DNA from: Escherichia coli 042
Lineage (GTDB): Bacteria > Pseudomonadota > Gammaproteobacteria > Enterobacterales > Enterobacteriaceae
NCBI RefSeq assembly: GCF_000027125.1
Contig: NC_017626.1
DNA length: 64,000 nt
Strand: one strand, 5' to 3'
The notes beneath the pieces were generated by a model. The model saw nothing but the letters and a program-made list of their open reading frames with translations, ran no database searches and was not told where the DNA came from. The translations under genes and the position numbers were made by a program. Each line of letters starts with the position of its first letter. Position 1 is the first letter of the stretch. Shown in pieces: positions 22,309-33,562 of the stretch.

Positions 22309-23826
22309 TTATTTCTGTGGGCGCATCGCCGGGAAGAGAATAACGTCGCGAATAGTATGGCTGTTAGTAAACAGCATAATCATTCGGTCGATACCAATAC
22401 CCAGACCAGCGGTTGGCGGCAGACCATATTCCAGCGCAGTCACGTAATCTTCGTCATAGAACATGGCTTCGTCGTCACCTGCAGCTTTAGCGTTAACCTG
22501 TTCCTGGAAACGTTCAGCCTGATCTTCTGCGTCGTTTAATTCGCTAAAACCATTACCGATTTCACGACCACCGATGAAGAATTCAAATCGGTCGGTGATT
22601 TCCGGGTTAACATCATTACGGCGCGCCAGCGGAGACACTTCTGCCGGATATTCCGTAATAAAGGTTGGCTGAATCAGATGTGCTTCTGCCACTTCATCAA
22701 AGATCTCCGTAACAATACGTCCCAGACCCCAGCTTTTCTCTACCGTAATTCCGATAGATTCAGCTAATGCTTTAGCAGCATCAAAATTATCCAGGTCGGC
22801 CATATCGGTTTCTGGACGATATTTTTTGATTGCTTCGCGCATGGTGAGTTTTTCAAACGGTTTGCCGAAATCAAACACATGCTCGCCATAAGTGACTTTA
22901 GTGGTACCAAGAACCTCTTGTGCCAGGGTGCGGAACAGGGACTCCGTCAGTTCAATCAAATCGTGGTAATCCGCATACGCCATGTAGAGTTCCATCATTG
23001 TGAACTCAGGATTATGGCGAACAGAAATACCTTCATTACGGAAGTTACGGTTGATTTCGAATACCCGTTCAAAACCGCCTACAACCAGACGTTTCAGATA
23101 CAGCTCTGGCGCGATACGCAGGTACATATCTAAATCCAGAGCGTTATGATGGGTAATAAACGGGCGAGCAGATGCCCCACCTGGAATTACCTGCATCATC
23201 GGGGTTTCTACTTCCATAAAGCCGCGCGCGACCATGAACTGACGGATAGCGGCCAGAATTTTTGAACGGACAACAAACGTTTGACGGGATTTATCGTTAG
23301 CGATGAGGTCCAGATAACGTTGACGATAACGGACTTCCTGATCCTGCAGACCATGGAATTTATCTGGTAAAGGACGTAGTGCTTTAGTCAGCAGGCGCAG
23401 CTCAGTACAGTGAATGGAAAGCTCACCCGTTTGCGTCTTAAACAGCGTACCGCGGGCACCGATAATGTCACCCAGATCCCATTTTTTAAACTGATCGTTA
23501 TAAACACCTTCTGGCAGGCTATCTCTTGCAACGTACAGTTGAATACGGCCACCGACATCCTGCAACGTTACAAAGGAGGCTTTCCCCATGATACGACGGG
23601 TCATCATTCGGCCAGCAACCGAGACTTCAATGTTTAAGGATTCCAGTTCCTGGTTATCCTTCGCATCAAACTCTTCGTGCAACTGGTCAGAGGTATGGTC
23701 GCGGCGAAAATCATTGGGAAACGCCACACCTTGCTGACGTAGTGCCGCCAGTTTTTCGCGGCGATTTCTCAGTTCATCGTTAAAATCAATAGCCTCATTG
23801 GCTCCCCGTGTTTCTCGTTCAGACAT
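22309..23826 (-). CDS. lysU: Lysyl-tRNA synthetase, inducible isoform LysU
   Basis: ORF 22309-23853; internal Met ([33 protein letters not shown]) gives 505 aa; class II aaRS motifs; positioned next to dtpC and cadA. Confidence 0.95.
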   Translation of the reverse strand: MSERETRGANEAIDFNDELRNRREKLAALRQQGVAFPNDFRRDHTSDQLHEEFDAKDNQELESLNIEVSVAGRMMTRRIMGKASFVTLQDVGGRIQLYVARDSLPEGVYNDQFKKWDLGDIIGARGTLFKTQTGELSIHCTELRLLTKALRPLPDKFHGLQDQEVRYRQRYLDLIANDKSRQTFVVRSKILAAIRQFMVARGFMEVETPMMQVIPGGASARPFITHHNALDLDMYLRIAPELYLKRLVVGGFERVFEINRNFRNEGISVRHNPEFTMMELYMAYADYHDLIELTESLFRTLAQEVLGTTKVTYGEHVFDFGKPFEKLTMREAIKKYRPETDMADLDNFDAAKALAESIGITVEKSWGLGRIVTEIFDEVAEAHLIQPTFITEYPAEVSPLARRNDVNPEITDRFEFFIGGREIGNGFSELNDAEDQAERFQEQVNAKAAGDDEAMFYDEDYVTALEYGLPPTAGLGIGIDRMIMLFTNSHTIRDVILFPAMRPQK

Positions 23827-24062
23827 TTTGGTTCCTCTAAATCCAGCTTTCAATTTAGCGTAGATAAAGAGACAGATCGGTACACTGTATTATCTGCCTC
23901 GACTATTAATAACTCAGTTTATCTTATCGAAACTAACGCTTACCTCAAGTTGATATCACTAATAAATAACCATAAAAATGGTTTAAATGACTTATTAATC
24001 TCGATTTGCTAGTGTGATAAACTGAAAGTTAATTTATTCATAACCAATTGTTTTTACGACAG

Positions 24063-25520
24063 TTAATCGTTGCTCTCCTGTATCATATTCGTCGGCGTGC
24101 TAAACAGAAAACGGGTAGCAAAGGCCAATACCACGATGATCGCGACACAAGCCAACGTCCACTCTCCCATCTGAGAAAAGAATCGCTGGTAAGCGGCAAT
24201 TGCCATACCGCTAATTTGCGACTCTGTCGTCTGCTGTGCCACGACGCCTGCCAGCCAGTTGGCGACCGCGCCTGTTGCCAGCATATAAATACCGGTTAAT
24301 ACGCCAGACATTTTCAGACGCGTGATTTGCGCAATCGCCACCGGGTCAATAAAGAGTTCAGCAAAGCCCATTAGCGCCAGCCCGGATACCATCACGCCCA
24401 TTGACGCTTGACCGCCAGCCGCTGCATGTCGGGCATCAAATGCCAGCAACATAAAGCCACAAGCCATCAGCAGTAAGCCAAAGGCAAACTTCAGCCAGAC
24501 GCGCAATGCTGAATTGCCGCGGCTTTCTGGCGACGCCAGCCAGGCCAGAACAACCCCAGCGAGCATCACCGCAATGGCATTCACCGACTGGAATAGTGCT
24601 GTAGGTACTTCAATATTGAATGCCTGACGATTCACAAAGCGATCGATAAACAAGCTGATGGTACTGCCGCCCTGTTGTGCCAGTACCCAGAACAACGTCC
24701 CGACAAACATCAACAATACAATTTGCCAAAGAGCACGGCGGTGTTCGGGGAATTTGATCATCATGCGGGCAATGATTTGTGCTGCAATGAGGCAAACGAT
24801 CGCCAGCAAATATCCGGACCAGTCGTTCTCCAGCAGCAGGGTAAAAAATACTGGGGCTAAACAGAGCATCACCACTAACCAGCTCCATACTGGTAAGGCA
24901 AATTTGACGCTAGTGAGCGCTTTCTTATCCATACTACGCGTGGACTGGAAATGACGATGACCGCTTAAGAAAATCAACAAACCGATAAACATGCCGCCAC
25001 CCGCAAGGGCAAAGCCAACATGCCATCCATACCACTGAGCAGCCAGGCCGCAGGCGATGGGGGCGGCGATAGAACCGATATTGCCTGCAGCATACAGCAG
25101 CGAAAAACCGCCATCACGTCGATGATCGTTCTCGTCGTAGAGCTCGCCAAGCAAACAGCTGATGTTTGATTTGAATAAACCGTAGCCACAAATAATGATT
25201 GCCAGCGCCAGATACAGGCTAAAGGTTGAATTTGTATCAATGCCCAGCACTACATGGCCAAGGGTCATTAACAGCGCGCCGGCAATCACTGCAGTGCGGT
25301 TGCCGAGCAGGCGGTCGGCAAGCCAGCCGCCGAGAATAGGGGTAACGTAAACCAGAGAAGCATATGCGCTGAACAGGCTGATGGCATGGTTATCATCAAA
25401 ACCAAGCTGATGGGTGAGATAGAGAATGAGTAAGGCACGCATGCCGTAAAAACTGAAGTACTCCCAGATTTGGATCGCCACGATATAGTATATCGCGCGC
25501 GGCTGTGAGGGTGTTTTCAT
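24063..25520 (-). CDS. dtpC: Dipeptide/tripeptide:H+ permease DtpC (YjdL), POT family
   Basis: 485 aa; [36 protein letters not shown], a typical POT-family start. Confidence 0.93.
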   Translation of the reverse strand: MKTPSQPRAIYYIVAIQIWEYFSFYGMRALLILYLTHQLGFDDNHAISLFSAYASLVYVTPILGGWLADRLLGNRTAVIAGALLMTLGHVVLGIDTNSTFSLYLALAIIICGYGLFKSNISCLLGELYDENDHRRDGGFSLLYAAGNIGSIAAPIACGLAAQWYGWHVGFALAGGGMFIGLLIFLSGHRHFQSTRSMDKKALTSVKFALPVWSWLVVMLCLAPVFFTLLLENDWSGYLLAIVCLIAAQIIARMMIKFPEHRRALWQIVLLMFVGTLFWVLAQQGGSTISLFIDRFVNRQAFNIEVPTALFQSVNAIAVMLAGVVLAWLASPESRGNSALRVWLKFAFGLLLMACGFMLLAFDARHAAAGGQASMGVMVSGLALMGFAELFIDPVAIAQITRLKMSGVLTGIYMLATGAVANWLAGVVAQQTTESQISGMAIAAYQRFFSQMGEWTLACVAIIVVLAFATRFLFSTPTNMIQESND

Positions 25521-25578
25521 GTGTTCTCCTTATGAGCAAAAAAGGGAAGTGGCAAGCCACTTCCCTTGTACGAGCTAA

Positions 25579-27726
25579 TTATTTTTTGCTTTCTTCTTTC
25601 AATACCTTAACGGTATAGCGGCCATCAGCCTGACGGTATGCACCGTGAATATCGGTTTCAAAGCCCGGATAGTGAGCGCCGATTTCACACAGCATCTGCA
25701 GGAACTCCAGAACCGGACGGCTTTCTTCGGTGATCATTTCACCCGGCATTACCAGAGGAACTCCCGGCGGATACGGAAGGATCATATTGGCGTTAATACG
25801 ACCGACCATTTCGTCGAGGTAAACTTCTTCGGTCATACCGTGCAGCTCTTTCTGGAACGCAGCATACGGAGTCATTACCATTGTCGGCAGCACTTCAAAT
25901 GCGCGATACATCAGATCCGGCAGATTGTGGTGAACAATCAGTTTGTGGATATTCTGAGCCAGTTCCTGAATACGCATGTTTTCATAGAATTCAGGATCTT
26001 CACGATACAGAGACGGCAGCATGTTTTTCACACGCAGGTTCAGATCGAACGCACGTTTGAAGTCAGTCAGAGCACGCAGCAGGCTCAGTGCTTTGGTCTT
26101 ATCGATACCGATGCTGAACAGGAACAGCAGGTTATACGGACCGGTTTTCTCAACAACGATGCCATGTTCGTCGAGGTATTTCGCCACGATGCTGGCCGGA
26201 ATACCGAAGTCGCTCATGGTGCCGTCTTTTTCCATCCCCGGAGTCAGCAGGGTGACTTTGATCGGGTCAAGATACATGTGCTCGTTATCGATGTTTTTGA
26301 AGCCGTGCCAGGTGCTGTCAGAACGCAGCGGCCAGCATTCAGTCGTATCGATATGATCCGGCTGCCATACATCAAAGAACCAGCCATCAGATTCCGTTCT
26401 CAGGCGTTTGATCTCTTTACGGAATTTGATCGCACGTTCAATGGAACCGTTGATCAGACGCTTACCAGCATTACCTTTCATCATCGCCGCAGCGGTTTCA
26501 GTGGACGCCACGATACCGTAGTGCGGAGAAGTGGTGGTGTGCATCATGTAGGCTTCGTTAAAGGTTTCTTCGTTTACGTCACCTTTAACGTGGATCATGG
26601 AAGCCTGAGAGAATGCCGCCAGCAGTTTGTGAGTGGACTGGGTTTCGTAAATCACTTTCCCTTCTACACGGCCACCGCTCATACCGCATTTACCTTCGTA
26701 AATCGGTGAGAAGTTGGTGTAAGGCACCCACGCGGAGTCAAAGTGGATGGATTTGACATCCAGTGTTTTCTTGATGAAGTCGGTGTTGTACAGCAGACCA
26801 TCATAGGTAGAGTTAGTAATTACAGCATGTACCGGCCAGGTTGCGTTTGGTGTTTCTTTCACGCGCTTAGCAATGGTAGCGTGCTGGAATTCACTCTGTG
26901 GGATACCACCAAGAATACCGTAAGCGTTACGGGTCGGGCGGAAATAGATTGGCGTAACATCGCTCATCATCATCAGGTGGGTCAGCGATTTGTGGCAGTT
27001 ACGGTCAATCAGAATGGTGCTGCCTGCCGGAGCTGAGTACATACCAACAATTTTGTTCGCAGTGGAAGTACCGTTGGTCACCATGTAGCTGCGGTCTGCG
27101 TTAAAGACGCGAGCAATATACTGTTCTGCTTCTTTGTGTGGACCACTGTGATCCAGCAGAGAACCCAGTTCAGATACTGAAATGGAAATATCAGATTTCA
27201 TGGTGTTCGGACCAAAGAAATCATAGAACAGGCTACCTACCGGGCTTTTCTGGAATGCAGTACCGCCCATGTGACCAGGAGTACAGAAAGTATATTTACC
27301 TTCACGAACATATTTAAACAATGCTTTGGTCAGCGGAGGCAGAATAGTGTTGATATATTCGTCAGTGGTCTGCTTGATCTTGTTAGCAATATCTTCAGCA
27401 GCACCCAGCGCATATTCAAAGAAGCTAATCTGTAAACGCAGGTCATTCAGGCTTACATCGAGAGTGGAATACGTATTAGCGAACGCGTACAACGGCAGGT
27501 TCTCGTTCATTTTGCTAATTTCTTCGCACAGCTCGAGATTATATTTATCCCAGTCAAAAATAACGCCGCACAGACGCGCATTGTTTTCGATCAGTTTTAA
27601 TAAGTCGTCACGGTCGTTCGGGTAAACAATCTGGAAGTTCAGACGTTCAAGCGCGCGATGAAGTTCACGGATGGGTTCTTCTTTAAAATAAACCCCCATG
27701 TGATTCAATATTGCAATAACGTTCAT
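25579..27726 (-). CDS. cadA: Inducible lysine decarboxylase CadA
   Basis: ORF 25579-27765; internal Met (MNVIAILNHMGVYFKEEPIREL) gives 715 aa; PLP fold-type I; operon with cadB. Confidence 0.95.
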   Translation of the reverse strand: MNVIAILNHMGVYFKEEPIRELHRALERLNFQIVYPNDRDDLLKLIENNARLCGVIFDWDKYNLELCEEISKMNENLPLYAFANTYSTLDVSLNDLRLQISFFEYALGAAEDIANKIKQTTDEYINTILPPLTKALFKYVREGKYTFCTPGHMGGTAFQKSPVGSLFYDFFGPNTMKSDISISVSELGSLLDHSGPHKEAEQYIARVFNADRSYMVTNGTSTANKIVGMYSAPAGSTILIDRNCHKSLTHLMMMSDVTPIYFRPTRNAYGILGGIPQSEFQHATIAKRVKETPNATWPVHAVITNSTYDGLLYNTDFIKKTLDVKSIHFDSAWVPYTNFSPIYEGKCGMSGGRVEGKVIYETQSTHKLLAAFSQASMIHVKGDVNEETFNEAYMMHTTTSPHYGIVASTETAAAMMKGNAGKRLINGSIERAIKFRKEIKRLRTESDGWFFDVWQPDHIDTTECWPLRSDSTWHGFKNIDNEHMYLDPIKVTLLTPGMEKDGTMSDFGIPASIVAKYLDEHGIVVEKTGPYNLLFLFSIGIDKTKALSLLRALTDFKRAFDLNLRVKNMLPSLYREDPEFYENMRIQELAQNIHKLIVHHNLPDLMYRAFEVLPTMVMTPYAAFQKELHGMTEEVYLDEMVGRINANMILPYPPGVPLVMPGEMITEESRPVLEFLQMLCEIGAHYPGFETDIHGAYRQADGRYTVKVLKEESKK

Positions 27727-27805
27727 AGTCATATCTCCAGGTAAAAAAGGCCCCTCCCAACACATGGGACAAAATGAAAGGAGGAGCCTCGGAAAATACT
27801 TTTAA

Positions 27806-29140
27806 TTAATGTGCGTTAGACGCGGTGTGGTTATCCATTGAGTGGCTCTGGCGCTCGTGCATTTTGCGAGCGTAGAACATCAGAATAATCAGGCTGACGA
27901 TGAAGGTACCTGCCAGCTCGAAGGAGCTTGCGCCCATCAGCGCGATGAAGCAGAACACGCAACCCAGTACAGAGCAGATCAGGCTGACAAAGTTGCGGAT
28001 GTTAACGCCTTCAAAACGAATCAGGTCAACGCAAGAGTAGAAGTACGGCAGCATAGTCAGCAGTACTGCGATACCGGTCAGTTCACCGAACAGGTCAGAT
28101 GCTTTACCACCGGCAGAGTTCATCAGAGTGATGAGGATCATCAGGGCAGTCATTTTCACTGCAGCCAGCAGCAGACCTTTTTTCGGAATACCGTTGCTGT
28201 CGACTTCACCATAAACTTTCGGGAAGTTACCGTCGTTAGCGGCACGTACACCTGCCTGGCCTACCAACATCATCCAGGAGCCCAGAGAAGTCAGGCACGC
28301 AAAGGCGGTGAATGCAGAAACCAGCGGCGCAGCCCAGTTACCGAGGATAGTTGAAGCACTGATTGCAAACGGAGCACCGGAAGCTGCCATTACAGAAGAC
28401 GGATACATACCGGAAAGCACCTGAGTCGCAGCGATATAAACAATACCTGCTAAACCAGTACCCAGCATGGTTGCCAGCGGAACGGTACGTTTCGGGTTTT
28501 TAACCATACCAGTACTTACTGCTGCGGATTCAACACCCACGAAGGCCCACAGGCAGAGCAGAATACTTTTAATGATCGCATGACCATCAGTGGTATCCGC
28601 AGTATTCCAGTTAGCTGCATAAGTTGCAGCATCAAACCAATGCCAGCCAACAATAGCAGTCATCACCACAGGAATAAGAACCAGCACCAGACCAATAGTG
28701 GTTAAACGGCTTACCCAGGTACCGCCGAGCATATTTACAAAGGTAAATACCCAGACGATAGCAATACAGGCGATACCCGCCGGAACAGGATCATTTAATA
28801 CTGGGAAGAAGGTGGAAAGATAAGATACAGCGGTAATACCAATCGCCAGGTTACCAATCCAGTTAGCATGGTAATAAAGAACACCTGTCTGAAAACCAAA
28901 TGCAGGGGAAATTTCTCCGGCATAAGCAATTGGGCCACCTTGTTGCGGGTTTTTTGTTGCCAGTCGGGCATATACATACGCCAGCGACATTGCACCAATA
29001 ATAGAGATAATCCAACCCCAGATAGCAATACCACCGATACTTGCTAGGTTCGCAGGTAATAATGCAATACCGCTCCCCATCATATTACCGGCAACCACAC
29101 CGGTACAGGCAAATAGCCCGATCTTCTTGGCAGAACTCAT
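27806..29140 (-). CDS. cadB: Lysine:cadaverine antiporter CadB
   Basis: 444 aa APC-family transporter; MSSAKKIGLFACTGVVAGNMMGSG. Confidence 0.95.
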   Translation of the reverse strand: MSSAKKIGLFACTGVVAGNMMGSGIALLPANLASIGGIAIWGWIISIIGAMSLAYVYARLATKNPQQGGPIAYAGEISPAFGFQTGVLYYHANWIGNLAIGITAVSYLSTFFPVLNDPVPAGIACIAIVWVFTFVNMLGGTWVSRLTTIGLVLVLIPVVMTAIVGWHWFDAATYAANWNTADTTDGHAIIKSILLCLWAFVGVESAAVSTGMVKNPKRTVPLATMLGTGLAGIVYIAATQVLSGMYPSSVMAASGAPFAISASTILGNWAAPLVSAFTAFACLTSLGSWMMLVGQAGVRAANDGNFPKVYGEVDSNGIPKKGLLLAAVKMTALMILITLMNSAGGKASDLFGELTGIAVLLTMLPYFYSCVDLIRFEGVNIRNFVSLICSVLGCVFCFIALMGASSFELAGTFIVSLIILMFYARKMHERQSHSMDNHTASNAH

Positions 29141-29505
29141 GCTCTTCTCCTAATTTCATTTTTGAATTTGGAGTCCGGGTCATGATGTATAACTATTTCC
29201 TGACCAGACCAAACTGGCGCTAAGAATACTCACGAAAAAAGGATTAATCCTAAAGATTAGGTGAAATAACACAAAAGTTTCTGTAAGTGAGAACTTGAGG
29301 TTTTTTATTAACACATCAGGATCGCAAGTTGATATCATGAAAAGATAAACATTCAATGTTTACAATGGATTGCGGGACATTTTCTGGTTAAATTTATGTA
29401 ATAAAAATTATGCGGCAAATAAATTGCCGCAACATATTATACCAACAGAAACATACAAAAACTCAACAATAAATATTGCCGAGCATAAATCAACCCGGGA
29501 GTTAC

Positions 29506-31044
29506 TTATTCTGAAGCGAGAAATTTGTCGAGATAAGGTACAACATAAGGAACAGAAGTCTGGAATATACCATTTTCAATCCAGTAAAGGGTGTTTGCCC
29601 CTGGGCGTAAATTAAAGGCGGTGAGATATGCATCAGCTGCTTCCCGGTTCATCCCCTTCATTTCATAAACCTTGCCAAGCAACACATAATTTAGCCAGGA
29701 CATTTCAAGATCAATGCCAGTATTTATCGCCTGGTAAGACTCATCTGTTTTACCTTTTACCAGAGCACTGACCGCTTTTATTTGATATATAATGGACAGG
29801 TTATTCAATTCCGGTAGTGTAACAATGTTATCTATTTCTGTGTTCAGTGCTGCTAATTGTTTTTCATCTAAAGGATGTTGAGAATGGCGCACGATATCAA
29901 CTAATGCTTTTTCTGCTCTCGCGTAGGTAAATTCTGGGGATGATTGAACAATCTCACCTAATAATTCACTGGCACGGTTCAATGATTTATCATCGCCATG
30001 CAGTAAATAATCATGTGCCTGATAAAAATTAGTTAATAACGCACCACGATGAGGCAAAATTTGCTGGAGCATCTCCTGCATTCGTTGTGGCCACGGTTGG
30101 TTTAACGCTTTTGATAAACTCTGGAGTAAATCATTTTGAATCGCCAGCTGATTACCGTTAGTGATGACATAACGTTTATCCAGCATGGTTGAACCATCTG
30201 CATTGTCTACCAATTTTACCGACATAAAGCATTGTTGAGCACGGTATTGGCGCTGATTAACAAACGCAATAGATAATGTTTTACCGGAACTGCTCGGTTC
30301 ATCAATGTTGTAGTTGATTTTGTCATGCACCATAAAGGTGGAGAAGGTGTTAAGTGATGTCGCCACCAAATCACCCACGCCTATCGCGTAAGAGAGCTGA
30401 TACGGGGAACTCCAGCTGTTACAACTTTTATTTACCATATTAATGTCAATATCGCGTGGATTGAGCAAAATACGCGATTTGCTCATCGGAAGACGTGTAT
30501 CAAGACTTGAAAACGCTACCAGTGCTACACAGATACCTAACGACAACAGGAAAAAAAACCATACCCAAAAGGTAGTGAATCGTTTGCTTTTAACTGGGGA
30601 TTGTTCAGGTGGCGTTGCGGTGTTTTGAATGTTAAGACTGTGGGAGGGAGAATCTGTGTCAGGAACCGCCTCTGGTATAGGGGGAGGCGAAGATAGCATT
30701 ATTTCCTCTCCCTCTTCTTCGCTGTACCAGATAACCGGCACCATTAATTTATAGCCGCGCTTTGGTACAGTAGCGATATAGACAGGACTATCTTCATCAT
30801 TATCTTTTAATGACTTACGTAGTTCTGAGATACTCTGCGTCACAACGTGATTGGTGACAATACTTCTCTTCCAGACATTATCGATAAGTTCATCCCTGCT
30901 AAGTACTTCGCCACTGTGTTGAGCAAAGAAAACCAGAAGATCGATTAATCTCGGCTCAAGGGTAAGTTGACGCCCATTGCGGCTAATTTGGTTTATGGAC
31001 GGAGTAACAAGCCATTCGCCAACGCGAACTACAGGTTGTTGCAT
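29506..31044 (-). CDS. cadC: Membrane-bound transcriptional activator CadC (ToxR-like)
   Basis: 512 aa; N-terminal winged-helix (MQQPVVRVGEWLVTPSINQISRNGRQLTLEPRLIDLL), single TM, periplasmic sensor domain. Confidence 0.93.
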   Translation of the reverse strand: MQQPVVRVGEWLVTPSINQISRNGRQLTLEPRLIDLLVFFAQHSGEVLSRDELIDNVWKRSIVTNHVVTQSISELRKSLKDNDEDSPVYIATVPKRGYKLMVPVIWYSEEEGEEIMLSSPPPIPEAVPDTDSPSHSLNIQNTATPPEQSPVKSKRFTTFWVWFFFLLSLGICVALVAFSSLDTRLPMSKSRILLNPRDIDINMVNKSCNSWSSPYQLSYAIGVGDLVATSLNTFSTFMVHDKINYNIDEPSSSGKTLSIAFVNQRQYRAQQCFMSVKLVDNADGSTMLDKRYVITNGNQLAIQNDLLQSLSKALNQPWPQRMQEMLQQILPHRGALLTNFYQAHDYLLHGDDKSLNRASELLGEIVQSSPEFTYARAEKALVDIVRHSQHPLDEKQLAALNTEIDNIVTLPELNNLSIIYQIKAVSALVKGKTDESYQAINTGIDLEMSWLNYVLLGKVYEMKGMNREAADAYLTAFNLRPGANTLYWIENGIFQTSVPYVVPYLDKFLASE

Positions 31045-31624
31045 AATAGAAACTCATTCGAAAAGGGAATGATGCAATGATAATTGCCACAACCTATTTT
31101 TACCATCTATAGATGGGTTTATTTACATATTATTGGTGAATGCAAGACGTTATTTTTACCAGACATAAACTTCTTGATCACATAGTATTGAGAAAGGATT
31201 TTACTGAGAACCAGAAGTAATATTCCTTACCATCAAAATTCATCATCTTTGCCAAAGAAAAATGTTCAGAAAATAATCCATGGAAAATTGTCCGGAGCGC
31301 TTACTATTTTAATGGATTGTTAGTCTTTGCATGAGCAAGCGGACTGATACATTTCTCTTTGTTCTCATTCAGAAAATCTCATCAGTCGGCGTTCAGACCG
31401 GTGTTGTGCTTTATGGATGCGTTACGCTCCTGATGACGTCATTTGACATTCAACAGCATCACGGGGTCGCACGACATTTCACGTCAGTCAGCGCTATAGC
31501 TCAGGAACAAATTTTCCCGAATTGGGATATACCCGCAAAATGCTGGTGTTGTGGGGAGAATTTGGTTGAGTTCGGTAGAAATGATTTTTAGGCAGAACGC
31601 TTAAATTGTGGCGTCCTGAAACGA

Positions 31625-31652
31625 AAAACGGACCTCCGTGGAGGTCCGTTTA
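31625..31652 (-). terminator. Rho-independent terminator next to the tRNA-Phe remnant (likely the former pheU terminator)
   Basis: On the minus strand: cggacctccacggaggtccg stem followed by TTTTT, immediately 3' of the tRNA-Phe 3'-end remnant. Confidence 0.5.
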
Positions 31653-31660
31653 TATGAATT

Positions 31661-31682
31661 TGGTGCCGGACTCGGAATCGAA
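31661..31682 (-). repeat. att-like degenerate copy of the tRNA-Phe 3' end, marking the island boundary
   Basis: tggtgccggactcggaatcgaa matches the reverse complement of the tRNA-Phe 3' end (GGTTCGATTCCGAGTCCGGGCACCA) with one C missing; no D-arm or anticodon arm follows, so the tRNA body is not here. Confidence 0.7.
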
Positions 31683-31792
31683 AATTTCTTTTATCATATT
31701 GATATTAATATAATTTATTTGGTTTGATTAAAAATGTACCCTCAATTATACCCGCAGTCCCTTTTGATATCGAAAGGGAATCACACTCGGGA

Positions 31793-32635
31793 TCAGGCTG
31801 AGAGCACAGAAGGAAAGTACCTGGCTATTATATCGTTAATTCTGTCAATCAGTTCCAGCCTTTTGAAAGTGATGTGTGCAGATCCCTTCTTAAAGTATTT
31901 AATGATGAACATCTCGTCTTCATAGCGCTCTTTACCCTGAACGGACTGGATGTGACCATCCAGACGAATAGTGATGTTTTCCCGGTTGTCGGGGATCGGT
32001 TTGCCGCTGAACAGATGTAGCATTCTTTCCAGGTCGACGAGTCGGTCAGTCTGTTGCCCGGTGATAAGATGAAACCCCCACCGGTCCCACCTCACTAGGT
32101 TGTTGACGATAATTTTACTGCCAAATTTGCAGGGGCAATTGGTTTTGTAATTCCAGTTCAGTCCCCTGAAGACGTTGATCACCCCTCGCTCAAACACCTC
32201 ATCCTTATTCTGGTGTAGTTGTTCAAATGTGCTCAGAATGTTCGCTTCACTGATTTCCGGAAAATTATCGTGCTCCAGTGACCGGTACCATGTATCACGG
32301 GCCTGTGCATCCATTAAGGAAAGCATCCCTGAACGTTGCATCAGGTCACGCCAGATTTCGCGATCGAGATTGCGTGTGATGGCTTTCATTGCGGTTTCCG
32401 GTTTCTCCATCAGCCAGCAGCCGCAGCGAAAATCCTGTTTCATGGCCCAGTCCGGGGCGGCTTTACCGCCAATACTTTCTGTCATTGCTGATATTTCAGC
32501 CAGTTGCCGGATAAGTGTGTCGATTTGCAGCAGTGTACTCTTTCGTACAGCCAGAATGTGGCGGATACTGGTTGAGCAGATAACGTCCGTATGCCCGGTG
32601 ACCACTTCCGGACGGGAGATTGTGATGTCTGACAT
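31793..32635 (-). CDS. Conserved island protein of unknown function (280 aa)
   Basis: Long ORF at the island edge downstream of the yeeW-like gene; no recognisable catalytic motif. Family assignment is uncertain (possibly a DUF-type protein common at the ends of CP4-like islands). Confidence 0.55.
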   Translation of the reverse strand: MSDITISRPEVVTGHTDVICSTSIRHILAVRKSTLLQIDTLIRQLAEISAMTESIGGKAAPDWAMKQDFRCGCWLMEKPETAMKAITRNLDREIWRDLMQRSGMLSLMDAQARDTWYRSLEHDNFPEISEANILSTFEQLHQNKDEVFERGVINVFRGLNWNYKTNCPCKFGSKIIVNNLVRWDRWGFHLITGQQTDRLVDLERMLHLFSGKPIPDNRENITIRLDGHIQSVQGKERYEDEMFIIKYFKKGSAHITFKRLELIDRINDIIARYFPSVLSA

Positions 32636-32719
32636 TATCGGTTTCCCTTTTGGTTTATAAACGAAAACGCCAGCCCTGTTCAGGCTGACGTCAGTGGAAT
32701 GAAGTATGGTGAGTGATAT

Positions 32720-33142
32720 TTACCGGTTCTGGTGCAGAAGCTGCAGATGACGAAGAGTACGGACATCCTCCCGGGCCTGTTCGATACAGGGCAACAGTGC
32801 TACCGAATCCGTTTTATCCTCATCGTTGTCAAAGATAATTCCCGATTCGCAGTCGATATTGTCCTGCAGCCACGCAATGAGGATATCCAGCGCTGTTTCA
32901 GTGGTTAATGGCATCACGCTCTGTATCACTGTATTGTCTTCCGGCAACTGATGAGGGCTGGCAGAAGTCGCCGGTGTTTCGGTAGCGTCACGTTCATTCA
33001 CCACGCGGAGTGAATAACCGTTTTCAGCGACTTTGTTAATCAGTTCAGCGAGCTCAATACCATCGACGTCAACGACAATGCGCCCCATGTTCAGCGCCTG
33101 CGCATTAATGCTGTCGGCTTCCAGCGTCAGGGCCAGTTTCAT
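32720..33142 (-). CDS. YeeW-like protein (140 aa)
   Basis: Immediately downstream of, and overlapping by 4 nt with, the cbtA-like toxin gene, as yeeW follows yeeV in CP4-44. Confidence 0.6.
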   Translation of the reverse strand: MKLALTLEADSINAQALNMGRIVVDVDGIELAELINKVAENGYSLRVVNERDATETPATSASPHQLPEDNTVIQSVMPLTTETALDILIAWLQDNIDCESGIIFDNDEDKTDSVALLPCIEQAREDVRTLRHLQLLHQNR

Positions 33143-33516
33143 TGTTTCGCCCCCGGATGTTTACCCAGGGTAATGTTATTTACCGTTCTGTAGTTGTCGC
33201 GTGTCATCAGGCCGGTTGCCCGGCGTGCCCGGAGAATATCAATGCTGTTGATTAACTGCGACGGGGCTCCTGCGCTGAATCCCGGCTGGTCGGTACGTAC
33301 CAGCGCGTATTTTTCAACGAGAAAGTTCACCGCGTCACACAGTGAAATCCCTGCCTCAATATGCTGCTCAATCACACGTTCATCAGCGAACGGTGTGTCA
33401 TTCAGCGTGAGGCCATAGTGCTGGTCCAGCAGTCGGGTGAGCAGTGTCTGCCAGATGGTGATGGGAGACGGGCAGCCCGATGCCTCCCGTACGTGAGTGT
33501 CGGGTAATGTATTCAT
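33139..33516 (-). CDS. cbtA: Type IV toxin, CbtA/YeeV/YkfI family (cytoskeleton inhibitor)
   Basis: ORF 33139-33621; from the internal Met (MNTLPDTH...) gives ~125 aa with LLDQHYGLTLNDTPFADERVIEQHIEAGISLCDAVNFLVEKYALVRTDQPGFSA, closely matching the CbtA family. Confidence 0.85.
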   Translation of the reverse strand: MNTLPDTHVREASGCPSPITIWQTLLTRLLDQHYGLTLNDTPFADERVIEQHIEAGISLCDAVNFLVEKYALVRTDQPGFSAGAPSQLINSIDILRARRATGLMTRDNYRTVNNITLGKHPGAKQ

Positions 33517-33562
33517 CTTAAGTTCTCTGTAACAGGTGGTTATAAAGGGGAGATATCCGGTG

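Noticed and set aside
25645-26709. 354-aa ORF on the + strand
   Set aside because: Antisense within cadA; no independent start context. Shadow ORF.
31331-31591. 86-aa ORF between cadC and the tRNA-Phe remnant
   Set aside because: No RBS or recognisable family; lies in the cadC upstream regulatory region. Possibly a pseudogene remnant but not supportable as a gene.
31661-31740. Possible intact pheU tRNA gene
   Set aside because: Only the 3'-terminal ~22 nt of tRNA-Phe are present; sequence beyond it diverges immediately, so no cloverleaf can be formed.
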